Source: a virus | Strand: one strand, 5' to 3' | IMG/VR virus record: IMGVR_UViG_3300021256_000065 | DNA length: 37,640 nucleotides | Part shown: piece after piece, positions 7,331 through 17,412 of the stretch | Layout of the letters: each line of letters opens with the position of its first letter | Numbering within the stretch: position 1 is the first letter of the stretch | The notes under the pieces: generated by a model | Seen by the model: only the letters and a program-made list of their open reading frames with translations | Told to the model about the DNA's origin: nothing | Databases searched by the model: none | Made by a program: the position numbers and the translations under genes

Positions 7331-7334
7331 ACCT

Positions 7335-7362
7335 TGAAATCTTAAAAAATTTTTGTTATAAT
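7335..7362 (+). promoter_or_regulatory. promoter: TTGAAA plus extended -10 (TGtTATAAT), first of two tandem copies
   Basis: CTTGAAATCTTAAAAAATTTTTGTTATAAT. Confidence 0.5.
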
Positions 7363-7394
7363 ATTAAAAAAAGGCTTTGGGAATCCGCGCCCAC

Positions 7395-7423
7395 TTGAAA
7401 ACCTAAAAAATTTTTGTTATAAT
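7395..7423 (+). promoter_or_regulatory. promoter, second tandem copy
   Basis: CTTGAAAACCTAAAAAATTTTTGTTATAAT. Confidence 0.5.
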
Positions 7424-7457
7424 ATAATTACAATAAAAAACAAAAGGAGAAATACAT

Positions 7458-7892
7458 ATGGATCTATATGAAGCACTTAAAAATGGCATCAGCGCTGAAG
7501 AGCTAATTAAAACCTTTAATAATGATATGGAAGAAGCAAAGAAGCGGCTTGAACAAGAGAAAAAGAAAGAAAAGACTGAAGCTCGCAAAAAGAACAGAAC
7601 TAAATTTGCATCCGCCATCTCAGACTATTTGGCAGGTTGTCTTGACGAATCTTGCTACGCGTTACCGACGATTGCAGAGTTGGAAGAACTGCTTAAAGGA
7701 TTTGAAGAAGAAATGCAGGGGTCTATGGGTCTAATTGACGAACTGTCAAAAACTCTTGAAAATAATAATAAAAAGGAACCTGTTGGAGTAGAAATTAAAA
7801 CTTATTCAACAGATCCTAAGAACACATATAAGCGCAAAACTAATTATGATATTGATACCCAAATTCTTAATGCTTTTATTAAGGGGCTTTAA
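7458..7892 (+). CDS. hypothetical coiled-coil protein (144 aa)
   Basis: ORF with RBS AAAGGAGAAA. Confidence 0.55.
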   Translation: MDLYEALKNGISAEELIKTFNNDMEEAKKRLEQEKKKEKTEARKKNRTKFASAISDYLAGCLDESCYALPTIAELEELLKGFEEEMQGSMGLIDELSKTLENNNKKEPVGVEIKTYSTDPKNTYKRKTNYDIDTQILNAFIKGL

Positions 7893-7903
7893 TATTTTAA
7901 TTA

Positions 7904-7937
7904 CCAGATCTGGATTTTTATCCAGATCTTTTTTTTG
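7904..7937 (+). terminator. rho-independent terminator
   Basis: CCAGATCTGGA/TCCAGATCT hairpin followed by T8. Confidence 0.6.
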
Positions 7938-7989
7938 TTTACGGTCGCTTTTCAAAAGCATCTAATGTAATAGGATCTCTGATACGCGT

Positions 7990-8330
7990 TCCACCACCAC
8001 TGCCTATTTTTATCTATTTTTACTTATTTATTTCTATCTATATCTATTCAATCTATCTATTTATACTTATTTTGTCTATCTAGCCTTTATTTATACCTAT
8101 TTAATTTATTCATGTTTATTTATATTCATTTATACCCATTCTTGCTATTTTCTAACCTATTCCCATTTTAACTTATCTCTGCCTATTTATCCATTTCCGC
8201 CATTCATACTTATTTATATCTATCCCTAACTCTATTCTATCCTTCTTATCATTTATACCCATCTCTATTTGTCATTTAATCTATTCAGCTTATCTTACCC
8301 ATCTCATCCATCACCACTTTACTCATTTCT
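7990..8330. repeat. low-complexity, G-depleted plus strand with degenerate CTATTTAT, TCTATC and TTATAC repeats over about 340 bp
   Basis: The plus strand has almost no G. Short pyrimidine-rich motifs recur. Confidence 0.6.
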
Positions 8331-8589
8331 ACGTATCTCCCGCCGTCAATTCCTTAAACTTCTCCAGCGCTTTCCTGCTATTAAATATATTAAAATCTTC
8401 TCTAAACCACTCCAAACTATCATAGCTTAAACAAATTTTCTCCCCTATATCACTAATTAAAATCAACATAAATCCATCATTCAAAAATATTACCCTATCA
8501 ATAGCAAAGGGTTGATTATCTATCATTCCCAACTTATTACCTAATTTCTTTGCTTGTATATACTGCATGTTCATTCGCTCACAACTCAC
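8329..8589 (-). CDS. hypothetical protein (86 aa); terminal TAG, then 1 codon, then TGA
   Basis: ORF on the minus strand. Confidence 0.4.
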   Translation of the reverse strand: MSCERMNMQYIQAKKLGNKLGMIDNQPFAIDRVIFLNDGFMLILISDIGEKICLSYDSLEWFREDFNIFNSRKALEKFKELTAGDT

Positions 8590-8639
8590 GAAGCTTCGCT
8601 TCGTTCGTTAGTTCGCTCATTCACACCTCCTTACATTAT

Positions 8640-8775
8640 TATTACCATATATTATAATATTATATAACATTATTATATTATATATCATCACATTATTACA
8701 TTATTTTTATTATATTATACTACATTATTATATTACATATCTATATAATTATATCACTTATTATTTTTCTCACGA
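8640..8775. repeat. G-free A/T/C low-complexity ATTATTA-type repeats (possible DNA unwinding element)
   Basis: About 135 bp made only of A, T and C, with ATTATA and TTATTA reiterations. Confidence 0.5.
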
Positions 8776-9198
8776 AATTTTAAAATGAATTTTTATTTTG
8801 TTCCTCGCGGGACGGTGAAGCCTTCCTTTTTTAAAATCATTTTCCCCTAGTTTCCTTGTATCCTTTATTAAAAACGCGGCAATTTTATTACTCTACCCCA
8901 TCACCACATCATACCTCCCCCTTATTTTTAATGATTGTTAATAGTACTGCGATTTTCGTCTAATTTTTCACTTCGATTTTCGTTTTCCCCTCTGACCCTC
9001 ACTAACCGCAGAGTCCTTGCATTTGGTCTGGCGAAGCCAGACCAAATAAAACCTTTTATTATTTTCCCAATTTTTAATTATGCGACTAAAATTAGCAACT
9101 TTGGTAAAAATATATATAATATATATATCTTTACCAATCTTATTAAAACCTGTCGTTTAATTAAATTTTGGAAACTTTATCATATGCAAATTTTCAAA

Positions 9199-9966
9199 TC
9201 AATTAAAAAATCCATTCAATTCTACATCCATCCCTAAACACTTAAAATATGACCCTGCCCTATTTGTAATAAAAGCATCATTCTGTTCTAGTAATCTCTT
9301 TACATCTCTAATTTGTTTATAACTTAATCCAGTCATTTTCGCTAAATCCGCATATGTAAAAGGTTGATTTTCCTCACATATTCTAACAGCTTCCCATACT
9401 TGCATCAATTGCGGAATCTTATTAAAATTCTTATGATTTTCATCTGCAATTCTTTGGCATTCTCTCATCATATTAATAGAAATAGAATGTTGATTTTCTA
9501 ATTTAGCTCGCAAATATAAAATAATAAAATCTTCATCTTCATGAAATACAATAAATTCTCTTTCAACCAAAGACTCTATTACTTCATTTAAAGTTTCAAT
9601 ATTCTTTTTAGTAGGCTTAATTCCTACATATTTCAATAAATCTTCGCGGCGGCCCCTATAAACTCCCTGGGACGAGGCCGCAAGAGTAAGAAATACGAAA
9701 AACTCATACGCTTCAAAACTTAAACTTTCAATCGAAATTGGAATATCATTAACTTCATTATATATAGTTAATGCACGAGTATCTTCAAAAATTTGATAAT
9801 ATTTTTGACCATCCTTTTCACATCTAATAATATCAACATTATATTTCTTTTTTAATGAAGCTATGGTTCGTTTAAAATTAGTTTTTAAACTACTTTCTGA
9901 ACAACCAAATAATTCACAAATTTCTTTTGCTGTCATTAATTCTCTTATATCCATAAAATTTTTCAT
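9199..9966 (-). CDS. DNA-binding protein with N- and C-terminal HTH segments; candidate replication initiator or regulator
   Basis: ORF ending TGA. The ATG at 9966 gives MKNFMDIRELMTAKEICELFG, an HTH-like segment. The C-terminus has TYADLAKMTGLSYKQIRDVKRL. The inverted repeat GTCGTAAGATACGAC lies upstream. Confidence 0.45.
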   Translation of the reverse strand: MKNFMDIRELMTAKEICELFGCSESSLKTNFKRTIASLKKKYNVDIIRCEKDGQKYYQIFEDTRALTIYNEVNDIPISIESLSFEAYEFFVFLTLAASSQGVYRGRREDLLKYVGIKPTKKNIETLNEVIESLVEREFIVFHEDEDFIILYLRAKLENQHSISINMMRECQRIADENHKNFNKIPQLMQVWEAVRICEENQPFTYADLAKMTGLSYKQIRDVKRLLEQNDAFITNRAGSYFKCLGMDVELNGFFN

Positions 9967-10068
9967 TATTATAATTTTGTCGTATCTTACGACAACTCCT
10001 TTCAAATAATATAAAAATTATTTAAAATGAATTATCTAAAATCGACCAATTTCATGCGGCGACCTCCG

Positions 10069-10437
10069 TTATAATACCCGCTTGAACGGGTCCTCCGCCT
10101 TTTTCATATCAATAATTTTAGGTTCTCTAAAAGTTCCATTTTCAATATCAGGAGTATAACCAGCTGCCTCTCTAATGTAAGAAATACAATTTCTCAGAAC
10201 ATTTATCGTCTTTTCCATATCCCCAATAGAAAAAAGGCAAATTTTATCTAACAAAAATAATCCTGTAGCGCCCCGCTATGTTAATACCTCTCCTGCCATC
10301 TTTGCAGTTTGATTTATAGTTTCTATATTAATTAGCGGAATTCCCTAATCATCAGTTTTAACATAAAATAATAATACATCACCCGCTTTTGGATCCAATT
10401 TTTGAATACTTGATAAAATCTAATTTTGATCAGTCAT
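10069..10437 (-). CDS. hypothetical protein with 3 in-frame TAG codons
   Basis: ATG at 10437-10435 overlaps the upstream TGA (ATGA coupling). The frame runs without TAA or TGA to TAA at 10069. Confidence 0.45.
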
Positions 10438-10630
10438 TATAGATTTCATCTTCTCCGAAGTTTCCTTCTTCATCATCGACCACTGCTCCTTCATTTAAAG
10501 TTTCATCATTAACCCAATTTTCCTTAATCATATTTTCAAACCTATTTACCGCATCATTCGCCGCAGATTTTAATGCCTTTCTATAACCAGGAAATTTCCT
10601 TACCATTTTTCGTCTTGCCGCTCTATTCAT
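10430..10630 (-). CDS. hypothetical protein (66 aa)
   Basis: RBS AAGAGGATGATTTGAA before the ATG. Confidence 0.45.
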   Translation of the reverse strand: MNRAARRKMVRKFPGYRKALKSAANDAVNRFENMIKENWVNDETLNEGAVVDDEEGNFGEDEIYND

Positions 10631-10815
10631 TTCAAATCATCCTCTTGTTGAATTTTATTCAATATATTTACATATTTTCGCATAATATTAAAAATATGTT
10701 CATGCTCCTACTTCATATCATTAAAATCTTCTTCCATTTGATCAATATGTTTAACAATAAACATTAACATAATATTATCAAAAATAATAAGAAATAAGAC
10801 GCAATATATCATCAT
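10627..10815 (-). CDS. possible small membrane protein with 1 in-frame TAG
   Basis: RBS GGGGGAAG before ATGATG. Ends with TGA overlapping the downstream ATG. Confidence 0.25.
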
Positions 10816-11044
10816 TCTTTTTCTTCCCCCTTCTCCTTTTCCTATTGTTTAATTTCTTCAAATTTTCCATCCACAATAGTAATGGATTCCTTAAAATACT
10901 AAGATGCAGGATCCAGTTGGCGGGGAGCCCCTTTCCTCCATATCATAGTACACATTCCTTGTTCATCTATTCCAACAACGTCCCGCTTCGTACAAAAATT
11001 TTGATTATAATACGGGCAGTTTTTTACTTTACAATTTACAATCA

Positions 11045-11290
11045 TCATTTTTCGTTTTCTAATCTAATCCTTCTCTTGGCTTCAATAACCTTATCAATTA
11101 GTACCCCAAAAACCTGCTCCCCATTATCATCGGTGAATGCGGCGACGCCGATAGCAGACTCAATTTGACCAGCGAGTTTTTGTGCAGCTTCCTCCGTCTT
11201 TTCGCCTTCAGGGAACACCGCCGCAAATAACTGCTTTTCTAACATTGTTTTAATGTATTTTTGTTCCATTCTTTTGTTTGTTTCTGCCAT
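11045..11290 (-). CDS. hypothetical protein (81 aa)
   Basis: Strong RBS AAAGGAGAAAAACA before the ATG. Confidence 0.5.
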   Translation of the reverse strand: MAETNKRMEQKYIKTMLEKQLFAAVFPEGEKTEEAAQKLAGQIESAIGVAAFTDDNGEQVFGVLIDKVIEAKRRIRLENEK

Positions 11291-11459
11291 TGTTTTTCTC
11301 CTTTATTTCATTTTCTTATCTATATTATATAATATTTTTTTCATTTTTTCAACCTTTTATACCACTTTCCTTTTTCTTCTTTTGATTTTTATAAGTTTTT
11401 TTGATATAATAATATCATAAGAAAATAACTTATTACATTTTAACAAAAGAGGAAAAGCC

Positions 11460-11966
11460 ATGTGGACATTAAATCAAATCACCAAAATGTGCATTGAATA
11501 TTGCGGAAAAGCAGGTGTAAAGTTCAATTCACCTGTGGTTATTAATGGTAGGCTAACCCGCACTCTTGGAAGATGTTTCTATACTCGTATCGGCAATGTT
11601 TGGAATCCCGCAAAAATTGAAATTTCAAAACAATTACTTGAAACTTCCACAGATGAGTCCATTGAAGCTGTTATTGCTCATGAGTGCGCTCACTATGTAA
11701 CTTGTGCTCTCACACACGAAAACCATGGTCATGATTCCACATTTCGTTTCTATTGTGAAAAAATTGGAACAAATAATAGTATGACTCATTACGATGATCT
11801 TGAGCGAACAAAGCCTAACGAAGAAATTTATAAATACACTCTCTATTGCTCTAAATGCGGTAAGTTTGTTGGCGGTAGGTCTCGTGCCTGCCGCATCACC
11901 AAGGAACCTTGGAATTTTTATACAAAATGTTGTGAAGCTGAAGTTAAAGTTATTAAAAACTGGTAA
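11460..11966 (+). CDS. SprT-like zinc metalloprotease domain protein
   Basis: HExxH motif IAHECAHY. An N-terminal segment typical of the SprT family. C-terminal Cys pairs. Confidence 0.55.
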   Translation: MWTLNQITKMCIEYCGKAGVKFNSPVVINGRLTRTLGRCFYTRIGNVWNPAKIEISKQLLETSTDESIEAVIAHECAHYVTCALTHENHGHDSTFRFYCEKIGTNNSMTHYDDLERTKPNEEIYKYTLYCSKCGKFVGGRSRACRITKEPWNFYTKCCEAEVKVIKNW

Positions 11967-11971
11967 TAAAA

Positions 11972-12274
11972 ATGAATTGTAAAGAATGTGAACATTATCA
12001 AAATCAAACTTGCATATGGAACTATGATTATTTAGATACAGATTATGCATATGATTGTTGTGATTTTATTCATAAAAAGGAAAATTATCACTTAAAAATA
12101 TACATTTTTAAGGACAAAAAATATAAAAAGGAGAAAAAAATGACTGGAGATGAATTAATTGGTTTCATTATTGCGAACCATTTAGAAGATTATGAATTTA
12201 TAAGATATAATTATGGGGATAGGCATGATATTTATCCAGAAATAGATGAAGATAATCATCAGGTATTAATTTAA
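11972..12274 (+). CDS. Cys-rich small protein, possibly two fused small ORFs
   Basis: ORF. An internal RBS AAAAAGGAGAAAAAAA precedes the ATG at about 12140. Confidence 0.35.
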   Translation: MNCKECEHYQNQTCIWNYDYLDTDYAYDCCDFIHKKENYHLKIYIFKDKKYKKEKKMTGDELIGFIIANHLEDYEFIRYNYGDRHDIYPEIDEDNHQVLI

Positions 12275-12354
12275 TTTATTGATTTTTTTAAAAAATTATT
12301 GTATAATATATACATAAGATAAAAAGGGTATGCACAAAAGAAAAGAGGTCTGTT

Positions 12355-12654
12355 ATGAAAAGATATTCAACTGTTGAAGCGGCTGTTGAACTTGTAGTTA
12401 AAAATCTTGAAGCAAACCGAAAAGTCTGTGATACTGATTCTATTAGGGCAAAAGTTTACGCTTGGTATGAAAATACTGATGTAACAGACTCTGAAATTCT
12501 TGCGGCGTGTGTTCTTGAAGGAAAAGATTGGTCAGTAAAAACTTCTTATCAGGAGATGCTTGACCTCAAAGAGTGGTGGTTCCCGCACATCTCTTGTAAT
12601 GACATTGCTATCTGGGAAATTGAAGAGGCACAGCGGGATGCCTTTTGGTATTAA
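12355..12654 (+). CDS. hypothetical protein (99 aa)
   Basis: ORF with RBS AAGAGG. Confidence 0.5.
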   Translation: MKRYSTVEAAVELVVKNLEANRKVCDTDSIRAKVYAWYENTDVTDSEILAACVLEGKDWSVKTSYQEMLDLKEWWFPHISCNDIAIWEIEEAQRDAFWY

Positions 12655-12657
12655 AAA

Positions 12658-12873
12658 ATGAATGAAAAACAAATAGTTAATGAAGAAGTAAAAGAACCAA
12701 TGATAAGTATCACGGTTAAACAGTATGCAGAATACATTATGTCTATGCAGAAATTAATTGATATTGCATTAGTGGCAAATCAGACTGCATCAAACGGAGA
12801 TACAGCTGTTAAAATGATACAATCTATTCGTGCGATATGCGCGCAATCATTTAGTAAAGAGGATGATAAATAA
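12658..12873 (+). CDS. hypothetical protein (71 aa)
   Basis: ORF immediately after the upstream stop. Confidence 0.45.
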   Translation: MNEKQIVNEEVKEPMISITVKQYAEYIMSMQKLIDIALVANQTASNGDTAVKMIQSIRAICAQSFSKEDDK

Positions 12874-13551
12874 ATGACAAGAGAAGAGATCATAAGCGGT
12901 TTGCAGATGACAATGGATTTGATACAGTTTGACCCAGGCACAGGTAATGTGCGTCCCATTTATGAACTTAACGACCTCGACAAAACAACTTACGTAGCAT
13001 GTAAGGCAGCAATCAAAGCACTCAAGGCGCAGATGGATAGAGATACCATTAGCAGACAGGATGCGATAGATGCTGTTGAAAAAAGTAGGCGTTTAAATCA
13101 TCACCAAGATGGAAAAGAAGCTTGCGCACATGAATATGAACATAGACATTTCTTGAAAATATTAAGAGATTTACCGCCCGCACAGCCAGAACTGCCAGAA
13201 TCCGAAGAATTGGACTTCGTACAACCTCATAAAAAGATCGGTGTGCAGTTGGAAATTGCACAGCCCGAACAGAAAACAGGGAAGTGGATTTTATGCAGTG
13301 AGAGGCTGCCGGAAAAATGTGGATGGTATATATGTACCTTAAAAGACTATCGTGTAAATGCTTATTATTGGAACAATAAAGGCGAGTGGGTAGATAACGG
13401 TAAAAAACATTTTTTTGAACTGTATAACATTAGTAGTCGATATACTGGAAAAGAGATCACCGCAGAACAAGAAGGGTCGGTATATTGGACAGATTGGGTC
13501 ATCGCATGGATGCCGTTGCCAGAACCATACACAGAAAGGCAGGAGAAATGA
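12874..13551 (+). CDS. DUF551-like phage protein
   Basis: WILCSERLPE...AWMPLPEPY signature. Tandem paralog of the next gene. Confidence 0.5.
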   Translation: MTREEIISGLQMTMDLIQFDPGTGNVRPIYELNDLDKTTYVACKAAIKALKAQMDRDTISRQDAIDAVEKSRRLNHHQDGKEACAHEYEHRHFLKILRDLPPAQPELPESEELDFVQPHKKIGVQLEIAQPEQKTGKWILCSERLPEKCGWYICTLKDYRVNAYYWNNKGEWVDNGKKHFFELYNISSRYTGKEITAEQEGSVYWTDWVIAWMPLPEPYTERQEK

Positions 13552-14009
13552 CAGCAAAAGAAGCAATTGAGACTTTAAAAGCAAATTACCCAGATGACTG
13601 CTATAAGCAGCTTAGGGAAGCTGTTGACAAGGCAATAAAGGTCCTGGAAGTGCAGAATATTCCCGACACAAATGTCGGCAACAACAATGACACTATCTAT
13701 AGGCAGGATGCGATTAATGTAGTAAAAAGGCTTATGGGAGATTATGAACTCAGCAGAACAGTACAAACAGGTCTACATATATTGCCATCTGCACAGCCAG
13801 AACAGCGATGGATTCCGTGTAGTGAGCGGTTGCCGGAGGTAGAAGAACTGGTTTTGGTCACCGATGACAGCGGTGGGATAAAGACAGTGGATGTGGACTG
13901 GTGCGGTCAGTATGAGGACTCCAATGAACGTTTTTGGTATTACACCCAGAACGCTGTGGCATGGATGCCGCTGCCTAAACCGTATCATGAGGGTGAACAA
14001 AATGATTGA
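13548..14009 (+). CDS. DUF551-like phage protein (paralog)
   Basis: ATG overlaps the upstream TGA. WIPCSERLPE...AWMPLPKPY. Confidence 0.5.
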   Translation: MTAKEAIETLKANYPDDCYKQLREAVDKAIKVLEVQNIPDTNVGNNNDTIYRQDAINVVKRLMGDYELSRTVQTGLHILPSAQPEQRWIPCSERLPEVEELVLVTDDSGGIKTVDVDWCGQYEDSNERFWYYTQNAVAWMPLPKPYHEGEQND

Positions 14010-14259
14010 ACTAATCAAGATACTCCTGCCCTACATCCTGGGCGTGGTTTGTACAGCTATCATGTTCCGACCTATGAAGAACTGGCAGGAAGGCTATAAT
14101 GCCGCAAAACAGTTCTATGGTGATATGGAATCGGGCTTTGACCGAGGCTGGGAGACTGCAAAGAAGGTTTTTAAAGACTATGAAAAAGGCTTCGGCGATG
14201 GGTTTGAGGCAGGATGGATAACAGCGGAGGAACAAAAGAAACAAGATGAGCAAACTTGA
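14002..14259 (+). CDS. small membrane-anchored protein
   Basis: RBS GAGGGTGAACAAA. TM segment ILLPYILGVVCTAIMF. Confidence 0.45.
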   Translation: MIELIKILLPYILGVVCTAIMFRPMKNWQEGYNAAKQFYGDMESGFDRGWETAKKVFKDYEKGFGDGFEAGWITAEEQKKQDEQT

Positions 14260-14413
14260 CGACACAATTACAGATGTAGCTTATGTTCTTAACATCGTAG
14301 ATATGGCTTACATTCTTGATGCTCTTATGGCATACAGAAACATCATTCAAGCAGGGAACTGCAATGATTGTAAAGTGCAAAAAGAATGTGAGGTAAAACC
14401 AAAGTTGGGATAG
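14246..14413 (+). CDS. small protein ending in TAG; TAG read-through would extend it 19 codons to TGA
   Basis: ATG overlaps the upstream gene. Confidence 0.3.
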   Translation: MSKLDDTITDVAYVLNIVDMAYILDALMAYRNIIQAGNCNDCKVQKECEVKPKLG

Positions 14414-14537
14414 TTAGTTAGATACAACTGTCCATTTTACCATGGAGATGAATAGAATGAGACTAATTGATGCTACGTAGCATGATGCAATGTGGTGGTA
14501 AGAAGAAAGGTTGCGCTAAAGCGCAACTTTCTCCTAT

Positions 14538-14759
14538 TTGGAGGAAAATATGCAAAAAGAAGATGTTGTATGGCATGAAGAAGATGAGTCTATTGTAATG
14601 GAAGATGCGGATGGATGGAAATTAATTTGTATTATGAATCATTTTAAAGGCAAATTTCATTATGAAATTAAAACACCTGATAATTATTATCTTGATTATA
14701 CGAGCAATGATATATATGAAACGATTGAAAGATTAAATCAAGAGAAAAGAACCTACTAA
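14538..14759 (+). CDS. hypothetical protein (73 aa)
   Basis: ORF with RBS GGAGGAAAATATG. Confidence 0.5.
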   Translation: MEENMQKEDVVWHEEDESIVMEDADGWKLICIMNHFKGKFHYEIKTPDNYYLDYTSNDIYETIERLNQEKRTY

Positions 14760-14793
14760 ATATAAATTAATAATAAAAAGGAGAATAATAGTA

Positions 14794-15021
14794 TTGACTT
14801 ACTCTATTGATGAAATTTGGCCAGTTAGCACTAAAATTATCCCAGATGGCGGAATTGGTATAGATTGGTCTGGCCCCATTGGCTGGGGTCAATTAACCAT
14901 CTATTGGGGAAAAGATAACAAATTACATGCGGAAACTGAAACTTTATGCTCTAATAATAACAAAATCTTTCTCAAGAAGATATTAAATTTACTTGCTGAT
15001 GAAATAATTGTTGATGAATAA
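14794..15021 (+). CDS. hypothetical protein (75 aa), probable TTG start
   Basis: RBS AAAAAGGAGAA 9 nt upstream of TTG. Confidence 0.4.
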   Translation: MTYSIDEIWPVSTKIIPDGGIGIDWSGPIGWGQLTIYWGKDNKLHAETETLCSNNNKIFLKKILNLLADEIIVDE

Positions 15022-15050
15022 AGCTGCGGATCCGCAGCTTTATTTTTTTA
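15022..15050 (+). terminator. rho-independent terminator
   Basis: AGCTGCGG/CCGCAGCT hairpin followed by a T-run. Confidence 0.6.
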
Positions 15051-15103
15051 AAAAATTATTATATAATATATACATAAGATAAAGAAAAGGAAAGGTGATA
15101 AGT

Positions 15104-15994
15104 ATGGAAAAAATCTTTGTAGCTGATTCTTATAAGGATATGGAGATTATTGGTGAGCCTTTTAAAAATGAAAAAGGACGCCTCTATGTAAAAGTCAAAG
15201 GCGTTTGCCCGCGTTGTGGCGGTTCTGGTCACTATTCTTATAATCAAATGGACGGGACCCGTTGCTACGGATGTATGGGATCTGGCATTTCTATCCAGAA
15301 AGTCCGTGCTTACACTGAAAAAGAATACACTCGTATGCAGGCGGCAAATGAGCGTGCCCGCGCAAAGAAAGAAGCAGAAAAAGAAGCTAAAGCTCGTGAC
15401 CTTGTTGAAAATGCCACTAAGTATAAGCATGAAGTTGCTTTGAAACTTGGCTTTGGTGAGAATGAAAAAGCTTATCTTGTTTATGGTGATGACACTTTTG
15501 CTATTAAAGACCAGCTGAAGAAACTGGGAGCAAGATTTGATCCCACTCTTAAATGGTTCTTTGCTGAAGAAGTTGCGCTGCCCGAAGGTTATAAGCTCTG
15601 CGAGATGAGTTTCGACGAGCTTTATAACTACAATATCAACACTAAATGGGCAGAGTTTAAGGAAGATGCTAAGGCTATTGTCTCCCGCCGCATTAATGAA
15701 CTCAAAGGCCCCTCTACTTCGGAATATTATCCTGGAGCAGAGAAGGAGCGGATTCGCAATATTACTGCAAAAGTAGCCAGCATCCGCGGTTTTGAGGGTA
15801 TGTATGGATATACTTCTGTATATACTTTTACCTCTGGTAATTATGTTTTTGTGTGGATGACCGCAAAATGTGATCTTGATCTTACTGCAGGAGAAACTGT
15901 TGACCTTACTGGAACTATCAAAAAATTTGATGAGTATATGGGAATTAAACAGACTCATCTTACTAGATGCGTTGTCAAGAAGATTGAAGAATAA
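15104..15994 (+). CDS. hypothetical protein with N-terminal CxxC-x16-CxxC zinc ribbon (297 aa)
   Basis: ORF with RBS AAAGGAAAGG. An extended -10 promoter with the conserved leader lies upstream. Confidence 0.55.
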   Translation: MEKIFVADSYKDMEIIGEPFKNEKGRLYVKVKGVCPRCGGSGHYSYNQMDGTRCYGCMGSGISIQKVRAYTEKEYTRMQAANERARAKKEAEKEAKARDLVENATKYKHEVALKLGFGENEKAYLVYGDDTFAIKDQLKKLGARFDPTLKWFFAEEVALPEGYKLCEMSFDELYNYNINTKWAEFKEDAKAIVSRRINELKGPSTSEYYPGAEKERIRNITAKVASIRGFEGMYGYTSVYTFTSGNYVFVWMTAKCDLDLTAGETVDLTGTIKKFDEYMGIKQTHLTRCVVKKIEE

Positions 15995-16096
15995 TATAAA
16001 TAATCAATGAAGGCATATTAAAAATCCTTCATTGATTATTATTAAAAAATATATTATAATATATATATAATAAAAAAGAGGAAGGAAATCACCATT

Positions 16097-16786
16097 ATGG
16101 TATTCAATCATGAGCTAGTAAATGAAATTTTAGATGCAATTTTTCCTCTTCCAGATGAATTTGGAGTTGAATTGTCTGAAGATTATGATCCTGAACCATC
16201 TTTTCTTTCTTCTCTTGAGGCGGCAGTCCACGATATAGATGAAGATGCATCAATCTTATTTGGAATGTCAAAATTAGTTATTACTTCGTCCAATCTTGAA
16301 AATGTAGTTATAAAAATTCCATTTAATGGATTTTATGATGAATACAAAGAGTGGAATGATTTTAGGTGGGCTCCAGGATCTGATCCTTCAGACTATTGTC
16401 TTGCGGAATATGAAAAATATCGTAGATTAAAAACATATAGACTGGATTGTTTTGTTGCTAAAATTTTTCATTATAAAACTATATCTGGTGTTCACGTTTT
16501 CATTCAAGAGAAAGTCACCCCTAAATGTGATTTATGCTTTAAGTATAAAGCATCTGCTAAATCGCAAAATCTTGCAAAAAAATGGTATAAAGAAAGAAAA
16601 TTTGATATTGATCCCGAATGGATTGCAAATTGTCTTGACAAGTACGGCAAATCAAAAGTAGAAAGATTTTTATATTATTGTGCAAATATTGATTTAGACA
16701 TTTTAGAAGATGCTCATAACGGTAACTTTGGATATAGAAATAATGAGACTCCAGTAATTTTGGATTATTCAAATTTTTTAGACTGA
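16097..16786 (+). CDS. hypothetical protein (229 aa)
   Basis: ORF with RBS AAGAGGAAGGAAA. Confidence 0.55.
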   Translation: MVFNHELVNEILDAIFPLPDEFGVELSEDYDPEPSFLSSLEAAVHDIDEDASILFGMSKLVITSSNLENVVIKIPFNGFYDEYKEWNDFRWAPGSDPSDYCLAEYEKYRRLKTYRLDCFVAKIFHYKTISGVHVFIQEKVTPKCDLCFKYKASAKSQNLAKKWYKERKFDIDPEWIANCLDKYGKSKVERFLYYCANIDLDILEDAHNGNFGYRNNETPVILDYSNFLD

Positions 16787-16801
16787 TAGAAAGGAGAAAA
16801 T

Positions 16802-17341
16802 ATGAGCAGAAGTCCATTCTTTTTTGTAGAAAGACCAGACTGGCGAACCAAAAAATATGAACTTCAGCATCCTTGGGTCTGGAACTTCGAGCATACTGAG
16901 CGGGTGCCCGCAGCACTTTTTCCTTATAATGGTTGTCATGATCTGTTTTCTATTGTGGAAAATAAAGATGTTGGAGATTTTCCCAGAATGAGAGGCATTC
17001 ATACGGGACTTCCCGCAGATGTTTGCGAAGAAATTGCGGAAGAGTATAAAAAATGCTCTTATGATACTGAATGGGGTAATGAATCTCATCACGTTGAACC
17101 AAATGCCTGTTGGTTCACATATGCTGATATGTATATCTATTGTATGGAGCATCCCGAAGTGGTTGACTATGATGCCATGGATGAAGCATTCTACAATGGA
17201 GAAGAGCCTCAAAAGAAAATTATGAAACCAACTCCAGTAAAAACTCTTATGGATCGAGTTAATGCATTTCTTGAAGTTAGTGACGATTTAGGCTGGGAAA
17301 ATGATTACAGCCAAATTCGTATCGTTTATTGGATTGAATAA
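16802..17341 (+). CDS. hypothetical protein (179 aa)
   Basis: ORF with RBS AAAGGAGAAAA. Confidence 0.55.
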   Translation: MSRSPFFFVERPDWRTKKYELQHPWVWNFEHTERVPAALFPYNGCHDLFSIVENKDVGDFPRMRGIHTGLPADVCEEIAEEYKKCSYDTEWGNESHHVEPNACWFTYADMYIYCMEHPEVVDYDAMDEAFYNGEEPQKKIMKPTPVKTLMDRVNAFLEVSDDLGWENDYSQIRIVYWIE

Positions 17342-17369
17342 ACATATAAATCTTCTTTTGATTTTTAAT

Positions 17370-17401
17370 AAAAATTTTGTTATAATATATACATAAGATA
17401 A
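17370..17401 (+). promoter_or_regulatory. extended -10 promoter (TGtTATAAT) with conserved leader ATATACATAAGATAAAG
   Basis: One of at least 12 copies of this promoter and leader module. Confidence 0.5.
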
Positions 17402-17412
17402 AGAAAGGAGAA

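Noticed and set aside
7162-7398. ORF 7162-7398 (+) across the GC island
   Set aside because: No RBS. The composition-driven open frame is more consistent with non-coding structured DNA.
8578-8625. Short upstream ATG ORF with strong RBS AAGGAGG before gene 8329-8589
   Set aside because: The ATG at 8621 is out of frame with the main ORF and stops after 13 codons. Likely a leader or a mis-set start, not a frameshift site.
8935-9237. ORF 8935-9237 (+)
   Set aside because: Low-complexity sequence, no RBS, and it overlaps the end of the minus-strand gene. Probably spurious.
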